Source of the DNA: an uncultured delta proteobacterium
GTDB taxonomy: Bacteria > Desulfobacterota > Binatia > Binatales > Binataceae
Length of the DNA stretch: 64,000 nucleotides
Direction: 5' to 3'
Assembly (NCBI GenBank): GCA_963789835.1
Contig: CAWBMF010000009.1
Location: 28,984-92,983 of the forward strand
Each line of letters starts with the position of its first letter. Within the stretch, counting starts at the first letter, position 1. This document shows, one piece after another, positions 1 to 11,817 of this stretch. The translations under genes were made by a program, and so were the position numbers. The notes below the pieces were generated by a model that saw only the letters and a list, made by a program, of their open reading frames with translations, did not search any database and was not told the origin of the DNA.

Positions 1-1
1 A

Positions 2-934
2 CTGACCGGGCTGTCGCCGTACACGACCAAGTACACCGGCTATCCGATCATCAAGGGCACGCTGACGCTCGATGTTCATTACCTGCTCGACACCGGGAAG
101 CTGACGGCCGACAACCACATTTTTATCGATCAGCTCACGTTCGGCGATCACGTGGACAGCCCCGACGCGACCAATCTGCCGATTCGGCTCGCCGTGTCGC
201 TGCTCAAGAATTCGAAGGGGCAGATCGACGTGCGCGTGCCGATCTCGGGATCGCTGTCGGATCCGCAATTCAGCATCGGCGCGATCGTGCTGGGCGCGTT
301 CATGAATCTGATCGTCAAGGCGGCGACTGCTCCGTTCTCGCTGATAGCGTCGGCGTTTGGCAGCGTCACGGGCGGCGGCGCGCAGCAGGACCTCGGCTAT
401 ATCGAGTTCAAGCCGGGATATTCGACGCTGACCACGGAGAGTCAGCAGAAGCTGGACACGATTGCGAAGGCGCTGGCGGATCGCACTGCACTGAAACTCA
501 ACATCCAGGGGCGCATCGATCCGAAATTCGACAAGGACGGATATCGCGAGGCGGCGCTCGATCACAGTATCCAGGTGCTGCGGCACAAGTCCGAGGGTGA
601 TAGCGCGGATTCGGCGAAGCCGTTGTCCACCGAGGATTACAACAAGTACCTCGCCAAGGTTTACAGCGCGGGCGATTTTAAAAAGCCGCGCGACGCGATC
701 GGATTGGCGAAGACGATCCCGCCGGAGCAGGAGAAGAAGCTAATCCTCGACAACACTGCCGTGACCGATCAGAATTTGCAGCAACTGGCAGATGCGCGCG
801 CCAACGCGGTGCGCGCGTATCTCGCGACCAAGCAGGTGGATTCGGGGCGGATGTTCATAATCGCGCCGAAGCTGGACGCGAGCGGTATCACCGATCAGGG
901 CAAGACGACGCGCGTCGATCTGACGCTGGAGTGA
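2..934 (+). CDS. DUF748-domain protein, C-terminal part with OmpA-like region (5' end outside window)
   Basis: Frame is open from base 2 (LTGLSPYTTKYTGYPIIKGTL...). Motifs SPDATNLPIRLAVSLLKN, GSLSDPQFS, APFSLI and LADARANAVRAYL are typical of the family. Confidence 0.8.
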   Translation: MTGLSPYTTKYTGYPIIKGTLTLDVHYLLDTGKLTADNHIFIDQLTFGDHVDSPDATNLPIRLAVSLLKNSKGQIDVRVPISGSLSDPQFSIGAIVLGAFMNLIVKAATAPFSLIASAFGSVTGGGAQQDLGYIEFKPGYSTLTTESQQKLDTIAKALADRTALKLNIQGRIDPKFDKDGYREAALDHSIQVLRHKSEGDSADSAKPLSTEDYNKYLAKVYSAGDFKKPRDAIGLAKTIPPEQEKKLILDNTAVTDQNLQQLADARANAVRAYLATKQVDSGRMFIIAPKLDASGITDQGKTTRVDLTLE

Positions 935-982
935 AGCGCGCGCCCAACCCTCAGCTCACCTCTTCCACTACAGCGAACAGAT

Positions 983-2527
983 CTAGAGCGAGCCGAAGAT
1001 GCGGTCGGGGATTGCGTCCCAGGCGCGGCGCTCTTCGTCGCGCGGAGCATCTTCGAGCTTGGTGTTCGCGCCGAAGACCATCGTTGCGCGGCTCGCTTCA
1101 TCGTAAGGCTTCCACTTGCCGGCGCTCTCGCAGCTTGGGTCGCCGGTGCGGGCGAAGGCCAGCCACGCGTCCTGCATTTGAGTGGCGAGCGCGTCGGCGG
1201 CCGGTCCGGTGCCTGCGAATGCGGGCATTCCGGGGATTTGGTTGGTGCCGAAGACGAAGCCGAGTTCGAGCGCGTGGCATGAGCCGAGCACACCGCCCAT
1301 CGAGGGCGACGGCCACGTGAAGAGATAGCTGTAGACGCGCGAGTCGTGGCGGCGCTGGGTTTGTGCGAGGCGCACGCCCGGGATGCGGAAAATGCGGTCG
1401 GTCTCGATTGCGGTGAAGAGTTCGCCGGGCGTGACGGACTCGCCACGCTGCGCGCGCGCCTTTTCGTAATTGTCGATCAGCGCGTCGGCGGCGGGAGCGG
1501 TCAAGCGGCGGCTCATGCGCGCGCCGAGGCCGCTGCGGTCCAGCTTGGGCAACGAAGGATCCATCAGCGAGAAGAGTTTCCATTCTTCGAGCGTCGAACC
1601 GACCATCACGGCCACGCCGGCCGCATTGCCGTTCGCGACCATCTCGATTGCGGAGCGCGGCACGTGAGTTCCGTCGATGACGGGCTGATATGCCATCGGG
1701 AGTTCGGGGTCCGGAGTTACGCCGTCATCGAGCAGCGTGCCGGTGAGCAACTGCGCCGGGGTCAGCGCGCGTATCGCGGCGGCGTCGCCCGCCTGCGTGC
1801 GAAGTCTCGACAGCACTCGCTCGGCCGTGTGGTTGGCGCGCGCGACGGTGGCGCCGGTGTGGCTGGCGCCGCTTTGCGGTATCGCTTTGTGGAACAGGCC
1901 GCGCGCCGCGGGCATCGCGAGCAGCGTTCCTACGCTCATGCCGCCGGCCGATTCGCCGAAGATGGTGACGTTGCCGGGGTCGCCGCCGAACTCGGCGATG
2001 TTGTCGCGGACCCATTCCAGCGCCGCGACTTGATCGAGCATCCCTTCGCTGCCGCTTGACGGAATCTTGCCGTTGGTCACGTCGGCGAGGCGCAGGAAGC
2101 CCAGCGGCCCGAGGCGATAGTTGATGGTGACGACGACGGTGTCGCCGCGCCGCGCGAGCACGGAGCCGTCGTACAGCGCCTGCGCGCCCGATCCGATCGT
2201 GAAGGCGCCGCCGTGAATCCAGACCATCACGGGCCGCCGCTTGCCGTCGAGCGCGGGAGTCCAGACGTTGAGCGTGAGGCAATCTTCGGATTGTTCGCCG
2301 TCGATCACGAACGCGGACAGCGCACTGAGCATCAACTTGTTCTGATGATTGACCGCGCCGAAGCGACGAGCGTCGCGCACTCCCGTCCACGATGCGGGCT
2401 TCTCGGGCGCGAGCCATCGCCGCGTGCCGACGGGAGGCGCCGCAAACGGAATCCCTTTGAAGACGGAAAGTCCGCCCTGGTCGTCACCTTCGAGTTTGCC
2501 TTGATGGATGGAAACGGTCGCGCCCAT
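983..2527 (-). CDS. type-B carboxylesterase/lipase (p-nitrobenzyl esterase-like)
   Basis: FKGIPFAAPP, SEDCLTLNVW, WIHGGAF, nucleophile motif GESAG, C-terminal HALEL. Confidence 0.93.
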   Translation of the reverse strand: MGATVSIHQGKLEGDDQGGLSVFKGIPFAAPPVGTRRWLAPEKPASWTGVRDARRFGAVNHQNKLMLSALSAFVIDGEQSEDCLTLNVWTPALDGKRRPVMVWIHGGAFTIGSGAQALYDGSVLARRGDTVVVTINYRLGPLGFLRLADVTNGKIPSSGSEGMLDQVAALEWVRDNIAEFGGDPGNVTIFGESAGGMSVGTLLAMPAARGLFHKAIPQSGASHTGATVARANHTAERVLSRLRTQAGDAAAIRALTPAQLLTGTLLDDGVTPDPELPMAYQPVIDGTHVPRSAIEMVANGNAAGVAVMVGSTLEEWKLFSLMDPSLPKLDRSGLGARMSRRLTAPAADALIDNYEKARAQRGESVTPGELFTAIETDRIFRIPGVRLAQTQRRHDSRVYSYLFTWPSPSMGGVLGSCHALELGFVFGTNQIPGMPAFAGTGPAADALATQMQDAWLAFARTGDPSCESAGKWKPYDEASRATMVFGANTKLEDAPRDEERRAWDAIPDRIFGSL

Positions 2528-2708
2528 GTGAATGAACCTCAGTGCGAAGGATTGCGACGGATTCTCGCAGAATTCAAGTGCAGTTCACAAACGCCGAGGC
2601 GTCGTCGCGGCGAAATCCCAAAATGGGACATCGCGTCTGAACGAGCCGCATGCTGGGCCTTTTAGATGAGCGCGCAGGAGTCGTCTGTACGAATATGGGA
2701 CGGAATTT

Positions 2709-2725
2709 CGGGCATTGCTCTTGCT
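2709..2725 (+). promoter_or_regulatory. putative sigma54 -24/-12 promoter of the hybrid kinase
   Basis: CGGGCATTGCTCTTGCT gives GG-N10-GC (GG 2711-12, GC 2723-24) with TTGCT at -12, about 50 bp before ATG 2776. Confidence 0.55.
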
Positions 2726-2775
2726 GTAATCGATTGGATCCCTGCGTCTAGCCGAGGGACAGGGAAGGAAACCGG

Positions 2776-5700
2776 ATGGGCGCTTCGCCCAAGCAGAACG
2801 ACCTGGCCTCGAGCGAGAGGAAATCCGAGCATGAGCGGTCGCAGGTCGAGGCTTTGACCAATGGCGACCTCGAGCGCGCGCGAACGCACAACACTTTGTT
2901 CGATTTACCTGTCGTTCCCGACGAGAGACTAAGGGGTTTATTTCGGTCGGCCGGGATTCTGATTGTCCTCTTTCAGCTAGGTTACGCAGCCGAGCACTTT
3001 TACGCCTCCGGGCCGAGGTTCGACGCGACCTTCAGCCTCATTGCAGCCAACCTCGCGATCGGGGTTGCGCTCTTTCTGTCGACCTTTACCGCCGCGCTGC
3101 CTCGCTATTGGAGCGAAATCAGTGTCCTCGTATGCCTCGCGTTGCTGATAACTTCCTCTGCGATAGCCGCAATATCGATGCGGATTGAGCCACTGTTCGT
3201 TTCCGATCTGTGTCCTCGTGCTCGGAGCAGGGACGCTGGCGCCGTGGGACTGGCGTTGCCAGGCGGCGATTAACGCGGTCGGGATAATTTGCTTTTGCGT
3301 CCTCTCGCGAGCGCACGGAGTCGTCGATTCCGATCCCGCGATGCATTGGCTCGGACTGGCAACGGCAGTCGGGCTGGCCCAGGCCAACGTCTATATCCAG
3401 GTAAAGAGCCGGCGCGAAATTGCGCAAAACCTCGGGCACATGCGCAGCAGCGATCTGAAGCTCAAGGAGAGCGAGGAAAAGTTTCGGCAGATTTTCCAGC
3501 AGAGCGGCGACATGGTGGTGGTCAGCAACCTCGAGACCAGCGCGATCCTCGAGGTGAACAACCAGTTCGTCAGGCGCAGCGGCGTGCCGCGCGAGCTGGT
3601 GCTCGGACACAGCGACGTCGAGTTCAATTTTTTTGCGGAGCCGGCAGTGCGCGAGAAATTCATGCACGAACTCCGCGAGCGCGGCGTCGTGCAGAACCTC
3701 GAGGTCCAACTCAATGGAATCGGCTATGCGCGGCCGACGATTGCGCTGATCTCCGCGGTCGTGGTCCGGCTCAACGATCAGAACTGCGCGATTACCGTCG
3801 TGCGTGAAATCGCCGACGTCAAGGAAGCGGAGCGGAAACTGCGCAACAGCGAGGCCACGCTGCGCAAGATCTTCGACGCGAATCTCGACGCGGTAGCTAC
3901 CACAGATCCGATCACGCGGCGCTACACCGACATCAACGCCGAATTCTCACGCTCCACCGGCTTTAGCCGGGAAGAGGTGTTGGGCAAGACTCATTGGGAG
4001 ATCGGCGTGTGGCCCAGCCGTGAGGAAGCGGACAACTTTACGGCGGCGCTGGCCCGAAGCGGGGAAGTTCGGAACATGCGGGCGAATTTTTACGCCAAAG
4101 ACGGACACCTCATTCCGTGCCTGATTTCGGGAGTGCTGCTCGAGCTCGATGGCAAGCTGAGCTGCCTGACGATCACGCGCAACATCGGCGACCTGGTGGC
4201 GGCGGAACAAAGACTCATCGAGAGCGAAGCCAGCCTGCGCAAAATTTTCAACTCGATCCTGGACCCGCTGTCGATCACCGACCTGGAGGGGCACTTTACC
4301 GACGTCAACGACGAGTTCACGCGGCTCAGCGAATACTCGCGCCAGGAGATCATCGGACAGGTTTCCGACAACAAGTACGCGGCGGGATACATCGAGTCGC
4401 TGAAAACGACCGGCCAGGTGCGGAATTTCGAAGTGACGATCACGACCAAGAGCGGCAGCGAGATTCCGGTGCTGATGTCGTCGGTGGTGGTCGAGCTGGG
4501 TGGCGAGCAGCGGGTGGTAACGATTGCGCGCGACATAACCGGGCGCAAGGCGCAGGAACTGAAACTGCAAAGCAGCGAAGCGATGCTGCGCGAGATATTC
4601 GACTCGAGCGTCGACAACATCGCGCTGACCAGCCTGACCAACGGCGCCATTATCGACGTCAACAAGGAGATGGTACGATCGCTCGGAATTGCAAAAGCGG
4701 ATTTGATTGGCAAGCGCTTCGATCAGCTGAATGTCTGGCAAAGCCGCGAGCGGCTCGACCTCTTCATCAAAACCCTGCTCGAGCATCGCGAGGTGCGCAA
4801 CTTCGAGGCCACCTTCTGCGGCGTCAGCGGGATTGTTTTTCCGGCGCTGGTCTCGGCGGTGGCGATCGAACTCGGCGGCAACTGGTGCTCGCTGTCGATC
4901 ACCCGCGATATCACCGACCTCGAGGCGGCACGGCAGAAGGCGCTGGCGGCGTCGACGGCCAAGACCGAATTCCTGTCGAGCATGTCGCACGAGATTCGCA
5001 CGCCGATGAACGCGATTCTCGGGATGGCCGACCTGATGGGTGAAAGTGACCTCGACGCCGAACAGCGGCGCTACCTCGATACGATCATCAGCAACGGCAA
5101 TGCGCTCCTCGAGCTGATCAACGGCATCCTCGATCTGGCGCGCGTCGAGAGCGGGCGGCTGGACCTGGAGGCGGTCGCGTTCGACGTGGTCGAGCTGACG
5201 GAGAAGGTGGCGGATACGCTGGCGGTGCGCGCGCACGAAAAAGGAATCGAGCTGGCGGTGCGATTCAGCGCTATGCTTCCGCCGATGCTGGTGGGCGATG
5301 CGCTGCGGCTGCGCCAGGTACTCGTCAATCTGATCGGCAACGCGATAAAGTTCACGCGGCGCGGCGAAATAGTGATCGACGTCGCGCTCAATCCGCTCGG
5401 GTCGAACCCGGGCAGCCTCCTATTCTCGGTGCGCGACACCGGCATTGGCATGCCGAGCGGCGTGCTGCGCAGCATTTTCTCTGCCTTCACCCAGGCCGAT
5501 TCGTCGATGACAAGAAAATTCGGAGGCAGCGGACTTGGCCTGACCATCGTTGAGCGGCTGGTCGCGCTGATGGGGGGCAAGGTCTGGGTCGAAAGCGAAC
5601 TCGGCGTGGGCAGCATCTTTTGCTTTACCGCGGAGCTGGGCTTGCCACCGGCAGTCGCCAACGAGGCGCTCGAGGATCGAGGCGCCGAGCTGTCGGGGGT

Positions 5701-6589
5701 TCGCGTGCTGGTCGTCGATGACAACGCGACTATTCGATCGATCGTCAGCGAAATGCTGGTTGCCAAAGGAGCCGTCGCTACCGGTGCCGCGTCCGGCGCT
5801 GAAGGATTGCTCGCACTCGACGCCGCCAATCGCGACCACGCTGCTTTCGGTCTGCTGGTGGTCGATTCGCAGATGCCCACGATGGACGGTTTCGAGATGA
5901 TCCGGCGGATGCGAATCGGGCCGAATGCAAATGCGCCGATCGTCATGCTGGTGACCTCCAGCGGCCTCAGCTCGAGGCTGAACATCATGGGGGAGCTGGG
6001 GGTGAATCACTATGTGGTGAAGCCGGTCAAGCGTCACGAACTGTACGCTGCGGTTTCGGACGCGATGGCGGCGGTAGCCCCGCCCGCGCGGACCGCCGTC
6101 GAGCCTCGCCAGGAGAGTGCGCTCAACGGTTCCGCGACGCCGATGCTCGACCGTCCACTCAGGATCCTGCTGGCAGATGACTCGGTGGACAATCGGATGC
6201 TGATCGCGGCGTATCTGAAAAAAACCCGCTACGTGCTCGACCAGGTGGAAGATGGGCAAGCGGCGCTGGACCGCTTCATGACGCGCTCCTACGACGTGGT
6301 CCTGATGGACATCCAGATGCCGGTGCTCGACGGTTTCGGCGCGGTGCGGAAGATTCGGCTGTGGGAGACGGCGAACGAGCATCGGCGGACGCCGGTCATC
6401 GCGCTGACGGCGTCGGCGCTGGAGAGCGACGTGCAGCGCTCGCGCGAGGCCGGCTGCGATCTGCACGTCAGTAAGCCGGTAAGGAAATCGACGCTGCTCC
6501 GTGCGATTGCGCAGGTGATCGCAAAGGCCGAGCACAAACGAAAACGAAGCTGCGGCGCCGGGATCGATTGGCTGCGTGTGAACCGCTAG
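2776..6589 (+). CDS. membrane-bound hybrid sensor histidine kinase (TM region, 4 PAS, HisKA, HATPase, 2 REC); apparent frameshift near 3203
   Basis: ORF 2776-3273 (hydrophobic helices) joins ORF 3185-6589 if one base is removed (FVS-ICVLVLGAG). H-box MSHEIRTPMN, N-box NLIGNAIKFT, G-boxes DTGIG/GSGLGL, REC motifs VVDD and LMDIQMP. Confidence 0.88.
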
Positions 6590-6645
6590 TCTGTCCGTGG
6601 GGATTCGCGCGACTACACAGGTCGCCGGGGGAGGATTTTGGGGAA

Positions 6646-7485
6646 ATGAATTTCCTACTCTACTTTGGAAACGCCGCCCAGATCATATTCGTCATCGCGG
6701 TGTTCGGTGGCGGCAGTATCGCGGGTCTTTGCTTCGTCCGGTGGCTGGTTCCACTCGACCGGCTGCAGAAGAATCACGAAGTGGCGGGTGTGACGTTCGG
6801 GGTGCTGGGCGCTTTCTACGGCCTGGTCCTGGCTTTCGTTATCGTTGCCGCGTGGGAACGATTCGACATGGCCAACAGCGACGCGATCACGGAAGCGACG
6901 GCGCTCGAGAGCCTCTACAAACTCGGCGCAGCTTTCTCCGAACCGATGCGCACCCAGCTCGATTCGCAGGTTCTCGAATACTCGCACCTCGTGATCGACA
7001 AAGAATGGCCTGAGATGGCCGACAACACTTTTCAAGGCGGCAAGGCGGGCGCCATGGAACTCTGGGCCACGGTCCTCGCGTATCATCCGCCGGACAGCCG
7101 CGAGCAAACCCTGGTCGACAAGTCGATCGACCAGCTCAACCTGATCAGCCAGGCGCGCAGCCGGCGATATAACTATTACCAGCAAGATCTTCCGTCGGTC
7201 GTGTGGACGGTGATCTATCTTGGATGCCTGATGACGATCGGCTTCAGCTACTTCTTCGGCAGTAACGTTTTTCGCGCGCAGGTGCTGATGTGCGGATTCT
7301 TTTCCGTCCTGCTCGGCATGACGATTCTCGCGATCCTCGAGCTGGCGCATCCGTACCAGGGCGTTGTCACGATCTCCAGCGAGCCGTACCATTACGCGAT
7401 CTCGCGAATGGAAGAGGCTGGCAATTACAAGTTGGCGGCGGAGAAGGCGTTGAACCAGTCGGTCCGTACGGCATCAGACCGATAG
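6646..7485 (+). CDS. DUF4239 (bestrophin-like) membrane protein
   Basis: GVLGAFYGLVLAFVIVAAWE, EATAL, EWPEM, ELAHPYQG motifs; ATG 6646 follows a purine-rich RBS. Confidence 0.75.
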   Translation: MNFLLYFGNAAQIIFVIAVFGGGSIAGLCFVRWLVPLDRLQKNHEVAGVTFGVLGAFYGLVLAFVIVAAWERFDMANSDAITEATALESLYKLGAAFSEPMRTQLDSQVLEYSHLVIDKEWPEMADNTFQGGKAGAMELWATVLAYHPPDSREQTLVDKSIDQLNLISQARSRRYNYYQQDLPSVVWTVIYLGCLMTIGFSYFFGSNVFRAQVLMCGFFSVLLGMTILAILELAHPYQGVVTISSEPYHYAISRMEEAGNYKLAAEKALNQSVRTASDR

Positions 7486-7505
7486 CAGGCTGGAGGACTC
7501 GTTCG

Positions 7506-8496
7506 ATGGCAGAGCCACGTCCACTTCGGTTTGGAATACTTGGCGCGGCGCGGATTGCGCCGGACGCATTGATCAAGGCGGCGCAGAATGTGCCGGCGGC
7601 CGAAGTAGTCGCAATCGCGGCGCGCGATCCCAAGCGGGCGCGCGAATTCGCCACGGCCAACGGAATTCCGCGAGTGGTCGCGACCTACGACGACCTCGTC
7701 AACGATCCCGGCCTCGACGTTATCTACAATCCGCTGCCGAACTCGCTGCACTGCGAATGGTCAGTGGCGGCGTTGCGCGCGGGCAAGCACGTCTTGTGCG
7801 AGAAGCCGCTCGCCTCCAACGCGATCGAGGCTGAGCGGATGGCGCAAGCGGCGCAGGATAGTGGGAAGCTTCTCGGTGAGGCGTTTCATTACCGCTATCA
7901 TCCGCTGGCGGATCGAATCCATGAGCTTGTGCACGACGGAACGATCGGCCGCCTGCTTCACGTCGAGGGTCAGTTTTCGGTGCCGATTCCCGAAACCAAC
8001 ATTCGCTTCGACTGGAATCTCGCAGGCGGCGCCACGATGGATTTGGGGTGCTACCCGCTTCACATGATTCGCTATTTTTCCGGTCTGACGCCGCGGGTGA
8101 TCCGCGCCAAGGCGGAGACCGGTCCGAAGAATATCGACATCGCGATGGACGTCGATCTGGAGCTCGCGCCCGGCGTGACGGCAAAAATGAGTTGCGCGAT
8201 GAAGAAGGACTCGCCGCTGGCGGCGACGTTCATCGGTACGCGGCGAGCGCGGTGAGTTGCGCGTGTTCAATCCGATCGCGCCGCAGCGGGGTCATCAGCT
8301 CACCGTGAAGACCGGCGCCGGCGAAAAAAACGAGACTGTGCCCGGCGACTCGACCTTCACCTATCAGCTGCGCGCATTCGTAAAGGCCGTGCGGGGCGAA
8401 GCCGCCTTTCCCACCGACGGCGCACAGGGAATCGTCAATATGCGCATCATCGACGACGTTTACCGAGCGGCGGGACTTCCACCACGCGCCACCTGA
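7506..8496 (+). CDS. Gfo/Idh/MocA oxidoreductase; apparent frameshift near 8235
   Basis: GILGAARIA, YNPLPNSLH, HVLCEKP, GGATMDLGCY; C-terminus continues in frame 8257-8496 (VRGERGELRVFNP...IDDVYRAAGL). Confidence 0.88.
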
Positions 8497-8590
8497 CGTT
8501 CAAAAATAAATGCGATTCGACCGCAGACGATCGTCCGCCATTTCGTGATATAGCCGTCGCTGTAACCCGCGTATCGACACGGAGGGAAAA

Positions 8591-9475
8591 ATGGCGAGCG
8601 AACAACTCGGCAAGGTGATCGAGCGAATCAAGTCGGCCCCGCAGAATCCGAATGCGCCGATGGCGCAGCGGCGCGCCGGGATGGAACGAATCAGCGAGCG
8701 CGTCCCGGCCGACGTAATTTGCGAGAAGGTCAATGCGGGCGGCGTCGACGCGGAGTGGATCGCGGCGCCGGGCGCGAATGCGGATCGAGTGATCCTGTAT
8801 CTGCACGGCGGCGGCTACGTAATCGGATCGATCAACACGCATCGCGCGATGGTCTCGAGAATCGCGCGAGCGTCCAATGCGCGAGCGCTGGCGATTGACT
8901 ACCGGCTCGCGCCCGAGCATCCATTTCCCGCCGCCGTCGAAGATGCGACCGCCGCATATCGATGGCTGCTCGCGCAAGGCTACAAGCCGGGCAAGATCGT
9001 TATCGCCGGCGATTCAGCAGGCGGAGGACTCGCGATCGTGCTGTTACTTGCGATTCGCGATGCGGGGCTGCCGATGCCGGCCGGTGCGGTTCCGATTTCG
9101 CCGTGGACCGATCTCGAAGGCACCGGAGAATCGGTGCGCACGAGAGCGGCGAGAGACGTGATGGTGACCATCGAGAATCTCACAGGGTCGGCGAAGCAGT
9201 ATTACGGCACGCATGATCCCAAGGATCCGCTGGTGTCGCCCGTGCATGCGAACTTTCGCGGCCTGCCGCCGATGCTGATCCAGGTTGGCGATGCGGAAAT
9301 CCTGCTCGACGACGCGACGCGCGTCGCCACGCGCGCAAAAGCGGCCGGCGTCGAAGTCGAGCTCGACGTGTGGGACGACATGCCCCATGTCTGGCACGTG
9401 TTTGCGAAGTTGCTGCCGGAAGGGCAGCAGGCGATCGACAAAATTGGGAAGTTCGTGATCGCGCGAACGTCGTGA
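8591..9475 (+). CDS. HSL-family alpha/beta hydrolase (esterase)
   Basis: LHGGGY, DYRLAPEHPFPAA, GDSAGG, E-x-LLDD, HVW. Confidence 0.93.
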   Translation: MASEQLGKVIERIKSAPQNPNAPMAQRRAGMERISERVPADVICEKVNAGGVDAEWIAAPGANADRVILYLHGGGYVIGSINTHRAMVSRIARASNARALAIDYRLAPEHPFPAAVEDATAAYRWLLAQGYKPGKIVIAGDSAGGGLAIVLLLAIRDAGLPMPAGAVPISPWTDLEGTGESVRTRAARDVMVTIENLTGSAKQYYGTHDPKDPLVSPVHANFRGLPPMLIQVGDAEILLDDATRVATRAKAAGVEVELDVWDDMPHVWHVFAKLLPEGQQAIDKIGKFVIARTS

Positions 9476-9488
9476 GGCGAGTCAACGC

Positions 9489-10424
9489 TCAGAACTGGTA
9501 GTGCACGTTGGTCAGCTGCTCGGAAACTTCCCACAGCCGCGAGGCCGCCGCGTTGTCCTGAGCGGCCGCGCTGCGGCCGACCTTCGTCGGATTCCCCCAC
9601 AACTCGGCCATGCCGTCGGGGCCGTAGTAGTCGCCGCCGTGAACATCGGGCGCTACGGCCGCATACTCGGTCGGCAACGCGCCCATCGCGGCGTTCTGCG
9701 CGAACAGCCGGTTGCCGAACTCGGTTAGAGATTCCATCATCGACGATCCCGACATCTTCGGTCCCACCGCTTGCAGATTGGTCGCGGCATATCCGGGATG
9801 GCATGCGACGCACAACAATTTCTTGCCGGCCGCGTCCACTTTGCGCTGCATCTCCAACGTGAACAGCAGATTGGCGAGCTTGCTCTGCCCGTAGGCGCGC
9901 CACTTGCGGTAGCCGTTCTTCCATTGGAGGTCCTCGAAACGGATCGAGCCAATGCGATGGGCTCCGCTCGCGACGTTGACGACCCTTGCGCCTTCGGTGG
10001 CTAATAGGCGATCGAGCAGCAGCCCGGTCAACGCGAAGTGCCCGAGGTGATTGGTGCCGAACTGCATCTCGAAGCCGTCGGCAGTTTGACGATATGGGAT
10101 CGCCATGACGCCGGCGTTGTTGCACAGCACGTGCAGCGTCTGGCGCTGCAGATGGAACGCGTCGGAGAAGCCCCGCACCGAGGCGAGGTTCGACAGATCG
10201 AGTTCCATCACGTCGACCTTGGCCCCGGGTGCCGATGCGGCAATATCCGCCGCGGCTGTCCGCGCTTTGCCGAGGTCGCGGCAGGCCAGGATGACGTCCG
10301 CATGCTTCCGCGCGAACTCCCGCGCGGCTTCCAGGCCGATGCCGCTATTGGCGCCGGTTACGACGATCGTCTTGCCGGAAAGATCGGGCATGTCATCTGC
10401 GGTCCACGGTTTCTTGTCGGGCAT
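9489..10424 (-). CDS. short-chain dehydrogenase/reductase (retinol dehydrogenase-like)
   Basis: TGANSGIG, NNAGVM, GTNHLGHF, YGQSK. Confidence 0.93.
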   Translation of the reverse strand: MPDKKPWTADDMPDLSGKTIVVTGANSGIGLEAAREFARKHADVILACRDLGKARTAAADIAASAPGAKVDVMELDLSNLASVRGFSDAFHLQRQTLHVLCNNAGVMAIPYRQTADGFEMQFGTNHLGHFALTGLLLDRLLATEGARVVNVASGAHRIGSIRFEDLQWKNGYRKWRAYGQSKLANLLFTLEMQRKVDAAGKKLLCVACHPGYAATNLQAVGPKMSGSSMMESLTEFGNRLFAQNAAMGALPTEYAAVAPDVHGGDYYGPDGMAELWGNPTKVGRSAAAQDNAAASRLWEVSEQLTNVHYQF

Positions 10425-10542
10425 CGCCAGCGTTCCTCCTCGTCGGCTACATGAAAGCTATCACACGACTGCCGAGTGAGGGTAAATTGGCGCCAACTCG
10501 AAGCGTGACTTTCGCGCGCGCGATTCGGTTATAGAGTGAGTC

Positions 10543-11817
10543 ATGACTGAACCCGGCCAAACCGCAACTCCTCGTCGCGCCGCGTTCGTGTTCATCTTCA
10601 TAACGGTCGTGCTCGACATGCTGGCGCTCGGCATGATCGTGCCGGTGCTGCCCAAGCTGGTCGAGGATTTCGTCGGCGGCAACACCGCGCGCGCGGCCGA
10701 GATTTACGGATTGTTCGGCACGGTGTGGGCGTTGATGCAGTTCGTATTTTCGCCGGTGCTCGGCGCGATGTCCGACCGGTTCGGCCGGCGCCCGGTAATT
10801 TTGCTCTCCAACCTGGGCTTGGGACTCGACTACATCGTGATGGCGATCGCGCCGGGAGTCGGCTGGCTGTTCATCGGCCGCACCATCTCGGGCATCACGT
10901 CGGCGAGCTTGTCGACCGCCTACGCGTACATCGCGGACGTGATGCCGCCGGAAAAGCGCGCGGGCGGCTACGGCATGATGAGCGCTGCATTCGGTCTCGG
11001 CTTCGTCGTGGGACCGGCGATCGGCGGCGTGCTAGGCAATATCGATCCTCGCCTCCCGTTCTGGGTCGCGGCGGGATTCAGTTTTCTGAATTTCGGATAC
11101 GGTCTGCTCGTGCTGCCGGAGTCGCTGTCGCTCGAGCGGCGCGAACGATTCTCATGGCATCGCGCGAATCCGCTCGGCTCGCTCAAGCTGCTGCGATCGC
11201 ATCGCGAACTGTTTGGACTCGCGATCGTCAACTTCGTCGGCAGTATCGCGCACGAAGCGCTGCCAACCATTTTCGTGCTGTACGCGATGTATCGCTACGG
11301 ATGGAACGAACGCACCGTCGGACTGGCGATCGCGGCGGTTGGCCTGTGCTCCGCGCTCGTCGGCGCCGGCTTGGTCGAGCCGGTGGTCGCGCGCTTCGGC
11401 GAGCGTCGCACGATGCTCGCGGGATTGCTCTTCGGCACGGCGGGCTTCGTGATCTATGGAGTGGCTTACACCGGTGCGATCTTCTGGGCCGGGCTTCCTC
11501 TCGCCGCATTGTGGGGACTTTCAGGGCCGCCGATGCAGGGCATGATGACGCGGCACGTCGGTGCGTCGGAGCAGGGACAGCTTCAGGGCGCGCTCAGCAG
11601 TCTGCGCGGCATCGCGTTTATGATCGGCCCGCTCGTTTTCACCAACGTCTTCGCCAGTTTCATCGGCGCAAATCGCGATTGGCATTTGCCCGGTGCGCCA
11701 TTTCTGCTGGCGGCGCTGATGATCGCCGGCTCGACGGCGATGGCCTGGCAAACGACGCGCTTGCGCATCATTCTGCCGGAGCCTGCAGTGGCCGCTGCCG
11801 CTGTCACAGAAGAATAA
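10543..11817 (+). CDS. TCR/Tet-family MFS efflux transporter
   Basis: About 12 hydrophobic segments, motif [29 protein letters not shown]. Confidence 0.9.
   Translation: MTEPGQTATPRRAAFVFIFITVVLDMLALGMIVPVLPKLVEDFVGGNTARAAEIYGLFGTVWALMQFVFSPVLGAMSDRFGRRPVILLSNLGLGLDYIVMAIAPGVGWLFIGRTISGITSASLSTAYAYIADVMPPEKRAGGYGMMSAAFGLGFVVGPAIGGVLGNIDPRLPFWVAAGFSFLNFGYGLLVLPESLSLERRERFSWHRANPLGSLKLLRSHRELFGLAIVNFVGSIAHEALPTIFVLYAMYRYGWNERTVGLAIAAVGLCSALVGAGLVEPVVARFGERRTMLAGLLFGTAGFVIYGVAYTGAIFWAGLPLAALWGLSGPPMQGMMTRHVGASEQGQLQGALSSLRGIAFMIGPLVFTNVFASFIGANRDWHLPGAPFLLAALMIAGSTAMAWQTTRLRIILPEPAVAAAAVTEE

Noticed and set aside
10543-11817. Acquired tetracycline resistance gene tetA
   Set aside because: Only family-level similarity; no adjacent tetR or mobile context, and composition matches the host.
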